Origin: Planktothrix pseudagardhii
GTDB taxonomy: Bacteria; Cyanobacteriota; Cyanobacteriia; Cyanobacteriales; Microcoleaceae
Reading direction: 5' to 3'
NCBI RefSeq assembly: GCF_904830925.1
Contig: NZ_LR882967.1
Span: forward strand, 3,490,106-3,554,105
DNA: 64,000 nucleotides
The position numbers and the translations under genes are program-made. Under the pieces are notes generated by a model. That model did no database searches. It saw only the letters and a list, made by a program, of their open reading frames with translations, and was not told the origin of the DNA. This document shows, one piece after another, positions 9,592-18,977 of this stretch. Within the stretch, counting starts at the first letter, position 1. Each line of letters starts with the position of its first letter.

Positions 9592-11430
9592 CTAACTCTG
9601 TTTCCAAATTTTAATGCTTCCATCTCCATGACTACTAGCGAAAGTATGACCATCGGGGGTAATAAAAGTAACGGAATAAATTGCACCGCCTTGAGGGTTT
9701 AAACTCTCGATTAATTCTCCAGTGTGTAGATTCCAGATATTCAGGGTTTGATCAGCGCTACCACTGACAATTCTATTGCCATCGGGACTAATTGCAACGG
9801 TATAAACCCAATTTTTATGATGATTTAACGTGCGAATAAGTTGACCTTTTTGCAGATTCCAAATAAAGAGTTTACCGTCATCGCTACTGGTGACAATAAA
9901 TTGATTATCGGGACTAATAGCTAAAGATCGAATATAAAATCGTTGAATTAAAGTTCGGCAAATTTTCATATTTCTCAAGTCCCAAATAATCACTTTTCTA
10001 TCCCTTCCCCCACTAACAATAAAATCCCAATTGGAAGTCATATCGACACAATCAACACCCCCAGAATGTTTATAAAGGGTTCTGAGGTTTTCTCCAGTGG
10101 CGACTTTCCATAACTGCACGCTATAATCCCAACAGCCACTAATTAAGTTTTCGCCATCGGGAGTAAATTTTAAACTGGTAATATAATGGGAATTAAGCTT
10201 AATAGTTTTGATTAATGCTCCGGTTTGTAAATTCCAGAGTTTTATAGTATTATCACAACTCCCACTGGCAATTATAGAAGAATTGGGACTAATAGCAACG
10301 GCATAAATATGATCGTGATGTCCGATAAAACTGTGCAATAGTTCTCCAGTTTGAGGATTTAAAACCTTAACGGTTTTATCTTTACTTCCGGTGACTAAAA
10401 TTTGACCGTTGGTGCTGATAGTACAGCAAAAAATATTAGCGGAATGGAGTTTTAGAGTTTGGATACAATTCCATTTTTCGACTGTTGAGAGAGGTTCATT
10501 GATTTTTTGAACATCTCGAATCATGAAATTAATTTCTTGAACTGCCTTAATATTCCCTTGTTTAGAATATAAATCGGAAGCATCTAATAAATTATCAATG
10601 GCTGCCTGTTTTTGACCTATTTTAAAATAAGCTATTCCGCGATAACGATAGGCATCTGCATAAGTAGGTTGTAGTTGTAATGCTTTCGTATAATTTTTAA
10701 TGGCGGTTTGATAATCTCCCTGTTGTTCAGCACAATTTAACCCAGATTCTAGGTAAAAATCAGGATTATTGGTTAAGCCTTTTAAGAAATTCCTTAGACC
10801 GTCGCCATAATGTAAGTCATTAATCTGCAATTTAACAATACTGTGATTTTGATAATATTCTAAACTGATTTCTTTTTGTTCAATGCGCTTCTGAAGTAAA
10901 CGAGCGGGAAGAAACCCAGCAATAATAGCAGAATATTCGGATTTAAACTCATCAAATTTAACAATAGTCTGAGAATTAGAATAAATTAAGATACAAACAA
11001 TAGCTTGATTTTTAGTAATTTCTTCCCAACTCACCCACCATTGCGCCATTGTTGGAGAACTATAGCGAGTTTTCACTTGAATTCCAATCGAATAATCCGT
11101 ACTAATACGGAGATCGATCAGACCATCGCCAGTTTCTGGGATAATTTCATAGTTAATATTACCGACAAAATCTCCTAAATATTTCTTAACGATTTCTTCT
11201 CCCAGTTTTCCCATCATCGTATTTCTGAAAACCACTTGAGGGTCAGCTTTGCGATATTTTCTAACCATATCCCAAGCGTGTTGACGAATGGGGTTTAAGT
11301 CCTGACCCGAAAGGGTTTTAATCTCTCCATAAATTCCCGGTCTTTCATAAAAGAGTAAACTATTTAATCCATTTTTGAGGCGATGAATAAACTCAGCTTG
11401 TTTGTCTTTAAGATAATCATTCATGTACAT
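9592..11430 (-). CDS. WD40-repeat protein with TPR segment and an N-terminal ~200-aa domain of unknown function (possible PD-(D/E)xK-like)
   Basis: The C-terminal about 330 aa form seven WD40 blades (repeated GH...WD / SGS.D.T.K.W patterns). The central TPR is YQTAIKNYTKALQLQPTYADAYRYRGIAYFKIGQ. The N-terminal region carries DGLIDLRI...IGIQVKTR. Confidence 0.85.
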   Translation of the reverse strand: MYMNDYLKDKQAEFIHRLKNGLNSLLFYERPGIYGEIKTLSGQDLNPIRQHAWDMVRKYRKADPQVVFRNTMMGKLGEEIVKKYLGDFVGNINYEIIPETGDGLIDLRISTDYSIGIQVKTRYSSPTMAQWWVSWEEITKNQAIVCILIYSNSQTIVKFDEFKSEYSAIIAGFLPARLLQKRIEQKEISLEYYQNHSIVKLQINDLHYGDGLRNFLKGLTNNPDFYLESGLNCAEQQGDYQTAIKNYTKALQLQPTYADAYRYRGIAYFKIGQKQAAIDNLLDASDLYSKQGNIKAVQEINFMIRDVQKINEPLSTVEKWNCIQTLKLHSANIFCCTISTNGQILVTGSKDKTVKVLNPQTGELLHSFIGHHDHIYAVAISPNSSIIASGSCDNTIKLWNLQTGALIKTIKLNSHYITSLKFTPDGENLISGCWDYSVQLWKVATGENLRTLYKHSGGVDCVDMTSNWDFIVSGGRDRKVIIWDLRNMKICRTLIQRFYIRSLAISPDNQFIVTSSDDGKLFIWNLQKGQLIRTLNHHKNWVYTVAISPDGNRIVSGSADQTLNIWNLHTGELIESLNPQGGAIYSVTFITPDGHTFASSHGDGSIKIWKQS

Positions 11431-11665
11431 AGGTCTTGTGATTCCTTTTGAATTGGTGCAATCCCTAGTGTGATTTTAATTGATTAAGGTTATAAATAAA
11501 AAATAAAGTTAAGCGTAGTTTAAATTGTAAAATAAATTCTGTCTTTCCTCCCTAACCCCTTCAGTATCCGCCCGGGTCATTCCCCAAATGCCCCTTTTAT
11601 GGCAATCTATTAGTTAATAGGAGACACAATTCTGATCGCTGATTGACAGAAATCTATTATTAACT

Positions 11666-12886
11666 ATGCAAACTTTACCTGTTCCAACTCAACCGACATC
11701 CGATCAAACTCCGGTGGATACGATGATTCACCGTCGCAAGACTCGTCCTGTCCAGGTGGGGACGGTGACCATTGGTGGGGGTTATCCCGTTGTTGTCCAA
11801 TCGATGATTAATGAAGATACGATGGATATTGATGGGGCGACGGCGGCGGTACGTCGTTTGCATGAAATTGGGTGTGAAATTGTGCGGGTGACGGTTCCGA
11901 GTGTGGGTCATGCGACGGCTGTTGGCAAAATTAAACAGAAATTAGCCGAAACATATCAACCTGTTCCCTTAGTGGCGGATGTTCATCACAATGGCATGAA
12001 AATCGCCCTGGAAGTGGCAAAATATGTCGATAAAGTGCGAATTAATCCAGGGTTATATGTGTTTGAAAAACCGAAAAGCGATCGCACCGAATATACTCAA
12101 TCTGAATTTGATGAAATTGGCGATAAAATTAGGCAAACCTTAGAACCTTTAGTGGTTTCTTTGCGTGATCAAGGAAAAGCCATGCGAATTGGTGTGAATC
12201 ATGGTTCTTTAGCAGAACGAATGTTATTTACTTATGGCGATACTCCCGAAGGCATGGTGGAATCGGCGTTAGAATTTATTAAAATATGTGAATCTTTGGA
12301 TTTTCAAAATATTGTGATTTCCCTCAAGGCGTCACGGGTTCCGGTGATGGTCGCAGCGAACCGTTTAATGGTCAAACGGATGGATGAATTAGGGATGGAT
12401 TATCCCTTACATTTAGGGGTGACAGAAGCCGGAGATGGAGAATATGGTCGGATTAAATCAACGGCTGGAATTGGTACATTATTAGCTGGAGGAATTGGCG
12501 ATACCATTCGGGTTTCTTTAACCGAAGCACCTGAAAAAGAAATTCCCGTTTGTTATAGTATTCTGCAAGCGTTAGGGCTGCGGAAAACGATGGTGGAATA
12601 TGTCGCTTGTCCGTCCTGCGGTCGCACTTTATTTAACTTAGAAGAAGTTTTACATCAAGTCCGCGAAGCCACAAAACATTTAACCGGGTTAGATATTGCG
12701 GTGATGGGATGTATTGTCAATGGCCCCGGAGAAATGGCCGATGCAGACTATGGTTATGTGGGTAAACAACCCGGTTTTATTTCTCTTTATCGCGGTCGAG
12801 AAGAGATTAAAAAAGTCCCTGAAACCCAAGGGGTAGAAGAATTAATTAACTTAATTAAAGCGGATGGCCGTTGGGTTGATCCTTAA
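11666..12886 (+). CDS. ispG: 4-hydroxy-3-methylbut-2-en-1-yl diphosphate synthase (flavodoxin), MEP pathway
   Basis: [24 protein letters not shown], the TIM-barrel and the C-terminal CPSCGRT 4Fe-4S motif are present. It is 406 aa. Confidence 0.9.
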   Translation: MQTLPVPTQPTSDQTPVDTMIHRRKTRPVQVGTVTIGGGYPVVVQSMINEDTMDIDGATAAVRRLHEIGCEIVRVTVPSVGHATAVGKIKQKLAETYQPVPLVADVHHNGMKIALEVAKYVDKVRINPGLYVFEKPKSDRTEYTQSEFDEIGDKIRQTLEPLVVSLRDQGKAMRIGVNHGSLAERMLFTYGDTPEGMVESALEFIKICESLDFQNIVISLKASRVPVMVAANRLMVKRMDELGMDYPLHLGVTEAGDGEYGRIKSTAGIGTLLAGGIGDTIRVSLTEAPEKEIPVCYSILQALGLRKTMVEYVACPSCGRTLFNLEEVLHQVREATKHLTGLDIAVMGCIVNGPGEMADADYGYVGKQPGFISLYRGREEIKKVPETQGVEELINLIKADGRWVDP

Positions 12887-12916
12887 TTTAATTCATGTAG
12901 AGACAATTTAATTCAT

Positions 12917-12968
12917 GTAGAGACGCGCCTGGGCCCAGCCATGCCGTAGGCTTTTGGCACGTCTCTAC
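12917..12968. repeat. 52-bp palindromic element (second long-form copy), preceded by a 20-bp tandem duplication AATTTAATTCATGTAGAGAC at 12886-12924
   Basis: GTAGAGACGCGCCTGGGCCCAGCCATGCCGTAGGCTTTTGGCACGTCTCTAC is about 90% identical to the copy at 1174-1225. It lies directly after the ispG stop. Confidence 0.8.
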
Positions 12969-13092
12969 TAAATCCTGTTCCCAGTTCACAGTTCCCTAGC
13001 TCTACGCGCTATAACGGTCAACAGTCAACTGAAACCTGTGCTACATTGGGCGTATTGATATTGAAATTTATATTTTCTGGTTCAACAAACAG

Positions 13093-14379
13093 ATGGTTAT
13101 TTCAAGAAGTGGGCTTGTTCTTGGTGCAACGGCAGTGATGTTAACGGCTGTAGCGGTTGCAGGGGCGGGAATTCATCTTTCGAGTCAAGCATCCTTTCGG
13201 GAAAGTCCCAAGGAGTTAATTGACGAAGTTTGGCAGGTGATCCATAAAAGTTATGTCGATGGAACCTTTAATCAAGTGGACTGGACGGCTGTTCGCACTG
13301 AATATTTAAACCGCAACTACACCAGCGACGAACAAGCCTACACCGCTATTCGGGAAATGTTGAAGAAGCTCGACGACCCCTACACGCGCTTCATGAACCC
13401 CGAAGAATTCAAAAATATGCAAATTGATACTTCTGGGGAATTAACCGGGGTCGGCATTCAATTAACCCAAGATGAAAAGACGAAAAAGTTAGTGGTGATT
13501 TCTCCCATTGAAGGTTCTCCCGCCTTTACCGCCGGAGTTCAAGCTCAAGATATTATTAGTGAAATTGATGGTCGCACCACTGAGGGAATGGATATTAATG
13601 AAGCGGTGAGTTTAATTCGGGGGCCGGTGGGAACAAAAGTTAATATTAAAATATTACGGGGAGATAAACCTTTAGATTTTAATATTACTCGCGATCGCAT
13701 TGAAATTCATCCGGTTCGTTCGTCTAAAAATCCCAGTTCGGCGGGAGAAATTGGTTATATTCGCTTAAATACTTTTAGCGCTAATGCCGCCGAAGAAATG
13801 CGCGAAGCCATTAATGATTTAGAGAAACAAAATGTGGCGGGTTATATCCTTGATTTACGTTCAAATCCAGGGGGATTACTGTATTCTAGCATTGAAATTG
13901 CTCGGATGTGGTTAAATCAAGGCGATATTGTTTCTACGGTTGATCGTCAAGGGGAAACAGACCGTCAAAAAGCAAATAATCGCGCTTTAACCAATAAACC
14001 TTTAGTGGTTTTAGTAGATGGAGGTTCAGCCAGCGCCAGTGAAATTTTATCCGGTGCTTTACAAGATAACAAACGGGCGGTTTTAGTGGGAACAAAAACC
14101 TTTGGGAAAGGGTTAGTTCAATCTGTCCGAGGGGTGGGAAATGGTTCAGGTTTAGCCGTAACCATTGCGAAATATTTTACTCCCAGTGGTCGAGATATTA
14201 ACCATGAAGGAATTCAACCAGATATTAAAGTTGAACTCACCGAAGCCCAACGAGATGAGTTAAGAAAAGATCGGACAAAAGTAGGAACAACGGATGATCC
14301 TCAATATGTTAAAGGGTTAGAAATTCTCAAGGGTGAAATTGCTAAAACAAAACAAGGAACCCAAGCTCAATCTAAATAA
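13093..14379 (+). CDS. ctpA: Carboxyl-terminal processing protease (S41 family, D1/tail-specific protease)
   Basis: It has a signal anchor, a PDZ domain (GVGIQL...VVISPIEGSPA) and the S41 catalytic region (GGSASASEIL...TFGKGLVQS). Confidence 0.85.
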   Translation: MVISRSGLVLGATAVMLTAVAVAGAGIHLSSQASFRESPKELIDEVWQVIHKSYVDGTFNQVDWTAVRTEYLNRNYTSDEQAYTAIREMLKKLDDPYTRFMNPEEFKNMQIDTSGELTGVGIQLTQDEKTKKLVVISPIEGSPAFTAGVQAQDIISEIDGRTTEGMDINEAVSLIRGPVGTKVNIKILRGDKPLDFNITRDRIEIHPVRSSKNPSSAGEIGYIRLNTFSANAAEEMREAINDLEKQNVAGYILDLRSNPGGLLYSSIEIARMWLNQGDIVSTVDRQGETDRQKANNRALTNKPLVVLVDGGSASASEILSGALQDNKRAVLVGTKTFGKGLVQSVRGVGNGSGLAVTIAKYFTPSGRDINHEGIQPDIKVELTEAQRDELRKDRTKVGTTDDPQYVKGLEILKGEIAKTKQGTQAQSK

Positions 14380-14499
14380 TTAGAAGCGAGAATATAGGGG
14401 CGGGAACACTCGCCCTTAATGATTAATGATAACATTTTCTGTGAAAATTCTACGAAAATTGAAGATGAAATCCTTAAAGGGGCGCTACAGATAAAATTT

Positions 14500-14889
14500 A
14501 TGGCTAGCAAGTTCCGCCAATCTGGTTATCATCCGATTCGCAAGCTAAAAGTAATCTTAGCAGGTCTTCATATTGCGATCGCAACGGAGTTTAGTGTTGC
14601 TTACAAAGTCATTGTATCTGTCGTCGTCTTAGTCATTGCTGTGATTTTTAGTCAATGGCAGGATCTAATGTTGATTTTTCTAGCTACAGGCCTAATGTTA
14701 ATCGCTGAATTATTCAATAGTAGCATTGAAGGTTTATGTGATTTTTTGGAACAACAGTATGATGAGAGAATTCGCGCTATCAAAGACATTTCTGCTGCTG
14801 CTGTTGGCATCAGTATTTTAATTTGGGCAGTAGCTTTAATTTTTGAAAGCCACCATCTGTGGTCGTTATTCAATTTGTTTATTCCCTAG
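14500..14889 (+). CDS. dgkA: Diacylglycerol kinase (prokaryotic DgkA family)
   Basis: KFRQSGYHPIRKLK...AELFNSSIE matches the DgkA signature (E..NSAIE) and there are three TM helices. The start was moved to the ATG at 14500, giving a family-typical 129 aa. Confidence 0.75.
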   Translation: MASKFRQSGYHPIRKLKVILAGLHIAIATEFSVAYKVIVSVVVLVIAVIFSQWQDLMLIFLATGLMLIAELFNSSIEGLCDFLEQQYDERIRAIKDISAAAVGISILIWAVALIFESHHLWSLFNLFIP

Positions 14890-16282
14890 AAAATTTTTCA
14901 AACAACAAAACCTCATCTCGATAATATTTTAATTGAAAATTAGGGTTATTTTGCAAACGTTTTACTAACCCAATGATTAATTCAGGAGAACTCGGCCATC
15001 CGGGGTGACGTTGGTTTAATAAGACGTATTGAAAGGGTTCTAAATCAAGTTTTTCTCGTCCTTGAATAGCGAGTTCTAAATGGGGACGATGGGTGAGATG
15101 GGGGGCAATTTTATCGGTTGTTAAGATATTATCCTTCGTTTTAATATAGCCGAGGGCTTCCCGTGTTGCTTGCCAATTATCCAGGGTTGTTAAATATTTA
15201 GAGGTAAAATAACCATATTTTGCTAAAGCAAAAAAGGCAATTAAAGACCATAAAATTATCCATTTTTTCTGTTTAAACCATCCTTCACTGTGCGCCAAAT
15301 TCTCAATAACTGCTAACATCAGAAAGGGTAAAATCGCCAAGGAATATTGTTGCGTTAAGTTCTTCATTTGCAGATTTTCAGCTAACAGATTTAAAAATAA
15401 AATTGGTGTGGCAGAAATTAGGGGGGTTAAATGTCGTCCCCATAGGCCCCAAATTAGGGGAATTAGAAGTAAAATTAAGTATTCTAAATTGGCTAAGGTG
15501 AAAATTTTACTTAATACTAATCCCGGTTTTAAGATAATATTTAAAGTAATTTCTCCGAGAGAATTACCGAGGAAACTATAAACGCCAACGGCGATAGGAG
15601 GGGCTTGGGAAAAGTGGGGGATAATGAATTCTGTAGATAGGAAAAACCAGAAGAGTCCTAAAATGATTGAGACAATAGCATAACGGGTTTTTTTCTCAAA
15701 GATGAATAACCAAACTCCCATTGCGATTAATAATAAAGATAAAACTTCTTTGCAACCTAAAATAATAAAAATTGTGAAAATAAATCCTAAAATCTTATTG
15801 CTTCTAGCAAATAAAACTGCATATAAAATTGCAGGTAAAGCAATCACTTCGGGGTGAAAATCAAATAAATTAACATTAAAAATTAATGGATATAATAAAT
15901 ACACAAAAGCTAAGGTTTGAGCTTTGGTTTCCTTTAAACTTGCTTGTAACGATAGCTGATAAGTCGGTAACGCACCCAGGGACAGGGAAAAAGCTTGAAT
16001 CGCAAATAACCAATGAACATCAGGATAAAGTTTATAAAATAAGGCAATAATATACAAAATATAAGCAGCATGATCCCCTAAAATATGTAATCCTCGAAAA
16101 GAGACAAAGGGTTCTTTTCCTTGGCTAATTAAGTAAATACCATTATCAAAAATTCCTAAATCATAAGCATTGGATTGAAATAAAGCATGACGTAAACTGC
16201 TAAAAGCAAATAAAAGGAAGCTATTAATAATGATTGCTGTTATGACTGGATGAATTTTAATTGTTTTAAATAAAATATTCAT
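14879..16282 (-). CDS. Integral membrane protein, DUF2079-like (polysaccharide-related)
   Basis: It has about 12 TM helices and an N-terminal SNAYDLGIFDNGIYLISQG motif. It is adjacent to a polysaccharide deacetylase, as DUF2079 genes commonly are. Confidence 0.5.
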   Translation of the reverse strand: MNILFKTIKIHPVITAIIINSFLLFAFSSLRHALFQSNAYDLGIFDNGIYLISQGKEPFVSFRGLHILGDHAAYILYIIALFYKLYPDVHWLFAIQAFSLSLGALPTYQLSLQASLKETKAQTLAFVYLLYPLIFNVNLFDFHPEVIALPAILYAVLFARSNKILGFIFTIFIILGCKEVLSLLLIAMGVWLFIFEKKTRYAIVSIILGLFWFFLSTEFIIPHFSQAPPIAVGVYSFLGNSLGEITLNIILKPGLVLSKIFTLANLEYLILLLIPLIWGLWGRHLTPLISATPILFLNLLAENLQMKNLTQQYSLAILPFLMLAVIENLAHSEGWFKQKKWIILWSLIAFFALAKYGYFTSKYLTTLDNWQATREALGYIKTKDNILTTDKIAPHLTHRPHLELAIQGREKLDLEPFQYVLLNQRHPGWPSSPELIIGLVKRLQNNPNFQLKYYRDEVLLFEKFSRE

Positions 16283-16286
16283 ATTA

Positions 16287-17042
16287 TTATGGTTTAATTT
16301 TGTTCATCCAGTCGGAAATTGTTGAAAATTCGGCTTGCTTTTTTAGCCAAATTAAATACTTTTCTAGTCGATTTAATAAATGAATTCCTGATAAACGTTT
16401 CACGGAATTGGGAAGTTTAAATTTAGAAATATCGGTAAATTCCCAAGGATGAAAATTGAGATTGAGATAGCGATCGCTATCGAGGGTAATTTGAGAGGCG
16501 AACTGAATTAAAGGAAAGGGAAGATTTTTGAAACTTAACCCGAAGAGGGGAAAGCGGACAAAGGGTGTTACGGAGATGGGAAGATTGAGTAAATGATCAC
16601 AATAATGAACTGTGCGACGTTTACCCTGATAATAATTAGAATTGAAGGAAGAATGGTATTGATATCCTGATGCTAAAATCGCTTGTTCATTAATAATTTG
16701 CTGTTCCCCCATACGGAACCCAGAAACCATTTGTCCCGAAATTTCTTCTAACACTTGTTTGGATTTCCACAAATCTTCCGGGGAGAATTGGGAATGATAG
16801 AAACCGTGAGAGGCGATTTCATGGGTTCTAGCGATCGCTTCAATTAATTCAGGATGGTGTAAGGCAAAATTTGCCGTTACAAAAAATGTCGCCCGAATCT
16901 TCAAATGTTCCAGTAAAGACAGAATATTTCTTAATCCCATTAACGAGATATCAAACTGGACAGAAGGTTTTATTTTTTCTCCATATTTCAGGGGAGCATC
17001 AAATTCTTCTACATCAAAATTTAGGAGAATATACTTCCTCAT
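16287..17042 (-). CDS. Polysaccharide deacetylase family protein (NodB-like/DUF3473)
   Basis: It has the N-terminal LLNFDVEEFD motif and HGFYH histidines. It is 251 aa. Confidence 0.7.
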   Translation of the reverse strand: MRKYILLNFDVEEFDAPLKYGEKIKPSVQFDISLMGLRNILSLLEHLKIRATFFVTANFALHHPELIEAIARTHEIASHGFYHSQFSPEDLWKSKQVLEEISGQMVSGFRMGEQQIINEQAILASGYQYHSSFNSNYYQGKRRTVHYCDHLLNLPISVTPFVRFPLFGLSFKNLPFPLIQFASQITLDSDRYLNLNFHPWEFTDISKFKLPNSVKRLSGIHLLNRLEKYLIWLKKQAEFSTISDWMNKIKP

Positions 17043-17057
17043 AACACCCTAAAAAAT

Positions 17058-17843
17058 CTAATTAAGCTGTTGTACAATGACTTCTATATTATTCGGATTT
17101 CCCCCCGTAATCACCCGATCTTGACCCATATTTGCCCAAGTTAATCGACCATCAACATAAATTTCTGCCCGAATTCTATAAATCCCATTCTGTTGAATTT
17201 GGGCGGGATTATAAATCAAAGAAAAAGGAATTGGAACCTGTTGACCGCGTAAGGGAATGGTTTGTTGAGCAATATTTCTCGGCGCACGATTTGGACTGGT
17301 TGTATCTTGTAATGTAACAACAACAGTTGAATTTGAGGGTAATGCAATGCGTTGACGGTAAGTGATTGTTCCAGTTACTTTTGATTCTTGGGGTCTTTGA
17401 TTTCCTTGGGTTCTGAGTACCCGTTCTGTAATTGGTCTTTGATTATTATTCGGTTGAATTGTGAAGCTTCTGGAGTTCACTTGATAGGATGCTTTTTGAG
17501 AATTTCCTGCATAACCTTCTCGCTGTTGTTGTACAGAAAACCGATCAAATAGTTGTCCATTACGATAACTTACCGCCATGAATAAACCCGATTGTCCTTG
17601 ACAAATATTAATGTGATAATTCTCTGTCATAAAATACGCTTCCTGGGGAACACCACGACAACCTTGGGTAGCAAAATCTATTTCTCGTTGTGCGAGGACG
17701 GGAGGAATAATATTAAGGGCTGATGTTAGAGTTAATAATGTAGACGTTAGGAATAAACGGACAAGAAATGGACTTTTTTGTTGATTTTGGGTGCTGATCA
17801 TCTTTTTCCATTGTAATTTGCTCAAATTGATATTATATAGCAA
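17058..17843 (-). CDS. Hypothetical secreted protein
   Basis: It has a signal peptide (LVRLFLTSTLLTLTSALNIIPPVLA) followed by a Gln/Asn-rich soluble domain. No family was recognised. The true start is probably at MISTQNQ. Confidence 0.4.
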   Translation of the reverse strand: MLYNINLSKLQWKKMISTQNQQKSPFLVRLFLTSTLLTLTSALNIIPPVLAQREIDFATQGCRGVPQEAYFMTENYHINICQGQSGLFMAVSYRNGQLFDRFSVQQQREGYAGNSQKASYQVNSRSFTIQPNNNQRPITERVLRTQGNQRPQESKVTGTITYRQRIALPSNSTVVVTLQDTTSPNRAPRNIAQQTIPLRGQQVPIPFSLIYNPAQIQQNGIYRIRAEIYVDGRLTWANMGQDRVITGGNPNNIEVIVQQLN

Positions 17844-17845
17844 TC

Positions 17846-18712
17846 CTAAATAGGTTGTGGCAAAATCCCATACATAAAAATTTTGGGGAAATCAAAAATT
17901 TGACCCTGAGCGAAAAACTCGAATAGCCACTTAATTACTTTAAAAGATGGGCATAAATGATAAAATTTTCTCACGAAATTTTTGGTTTGTAACCAAATAT
18001 CTTCTACAGGATTTTGTTCAGGTGCATTGGGGGCAAAATTTAGACAAGTAATCCGCCATTCTTCTTCCGATAAATTTTGATTAACTTCAGTTAAATAATC
18101 TCTAAACTTTTGAGAACAATGATAAGTGGCATTATCCCAGACTATAGCTAACCTTTTCCCCGGATTTTGCTGCTGTAAATACTGGATAAAGTCTACGGTA
18201 TTTTCTGTATTTCCCGCCGCATAACCTTTGATAATAAATTCTTTCGTTTGGTAATCTAAAGCTCCATAATAAGTTTGCCTTTCTTTTTGATTTTTGATCG
18301 GAATTTCTATTCTTCTATCTGTTCTTCCCCACACATACCCTAAAATATCTCCCCAGAGAAGATGACATTCATCAATCATAAACACCGTCAGCTTTCCCGC
18401 CTCTATTTCTTCTTTCCAACTCGCTAACTTTTTTTCAATTTCTTCCTTTTTCTCTTGGACTAACTGCTCATTCTTAGCCGGATTCTTCTTTTGGCTTTTT
18501 TTCCAACTGATGCCAGCCTCTTCCAGCAAGCTATAATAACTTTGATGGGATTGAAACACGACTCCATACTCCCTTTCTAACAAAACTTGTAAATCAGACA
18601 ATCTTAACCAATCTCTTTCCCTTAATTCTTCAATAACTTTCTGTTTATCTTCGGGACTTAGATAGCCTTTTCTTCCTTTATATTGGAGTTTTAAACTCTC
18701 TACTCCTTCCAC
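17846..18712 (-). CDS. IS630-family transposase, DDE catalytic part (orfB)
   Basis: FMIDECHLLWGD...AIVWDNATYHCS...LNFAPNAPEQNPVEDIW gives the DDE(34-35) triad and spacing typical of IS630/Tc1 transposases. Confidence 0.8.
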   Translation of the reverse strand: MEGVESLKLQYKGRKGYLSPEDKQKVIEELRERDWLRLSDLQVLLEREYGVVFQSHQSYYSLLEEAGISWKKSQKKNPAKNEQLVQEKKEEIEKKLASWKEEIEAGKLTVFMIDECHLLWGDILGYVWGRTDRRIEIPIKNQKERQTYYGALDYQTKEFIIKGYAAGNTENTVDFIQYLQQQNPGKRLAIVWDNATYHCSQKFRDYLTEVNQNLSEEEWRITCLNFAPNAPEQNPVEDIWLQTKNFVRKFYHLCPSFKVIKWLFEFFAQGQIFDFPKIFMYGILPQPI

Positions 18713-18882
18713 AAGAACCCGATTTTTCCACTGGCTAATAAATCCTTTATAACTTGTAATAAGTCTTGAATTTCCCGGTAGGCTTTCCCTTGTAATTTGA
18801 GTTTGACAGCGATCGCTCTTTTAATTTCTCTAGGATCTTTTGTCTGATTGATAAAATTGTCTATTTCGTTGATTAGATTCAT
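18700..18882 (-). CDS. IS630-family transposase, N-terminal HTH part (orfA); overlaps orfB by 13 nt, consistent with programmed -1/+1 frameshifting
   Basis: It is a short helix-turn-helix ORF (KRAIAVKLKLQGKAYREIQDLLQV) immediately upstream of and overlapping the DDE ORF. Confidence 0.6.
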   Translation of the reverse strand: MNLINEIDNFINQTKDPREIKRAIAVKLKLQGKAYREIQDLLQVIKDLLASGKIGFLWKE

Positions 18883-18977
18883 TTTCCGTTGCCAGCTTTG
18901 GAGGATTATTGCTAACCTTACATTTATTATAACTCATTTGGAAGTGCTATATCATTATTTTTTCATACCATAAACCC

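Larger units (their letters stand above)
17833..18950 (-). mobile_element. IS630/Tc1-family insertion sequence (~1.1 kb) with two-ORF (frameshift) transposase
   Basis: The terminal sequences ATATAGCAATCC (left) and GGAAGTGCTATAT (right) form imperfect inverted repeats and are TA-flanked. The element encodes the HTH orfA and DDE orfB listed below. Confidence 0.7.
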
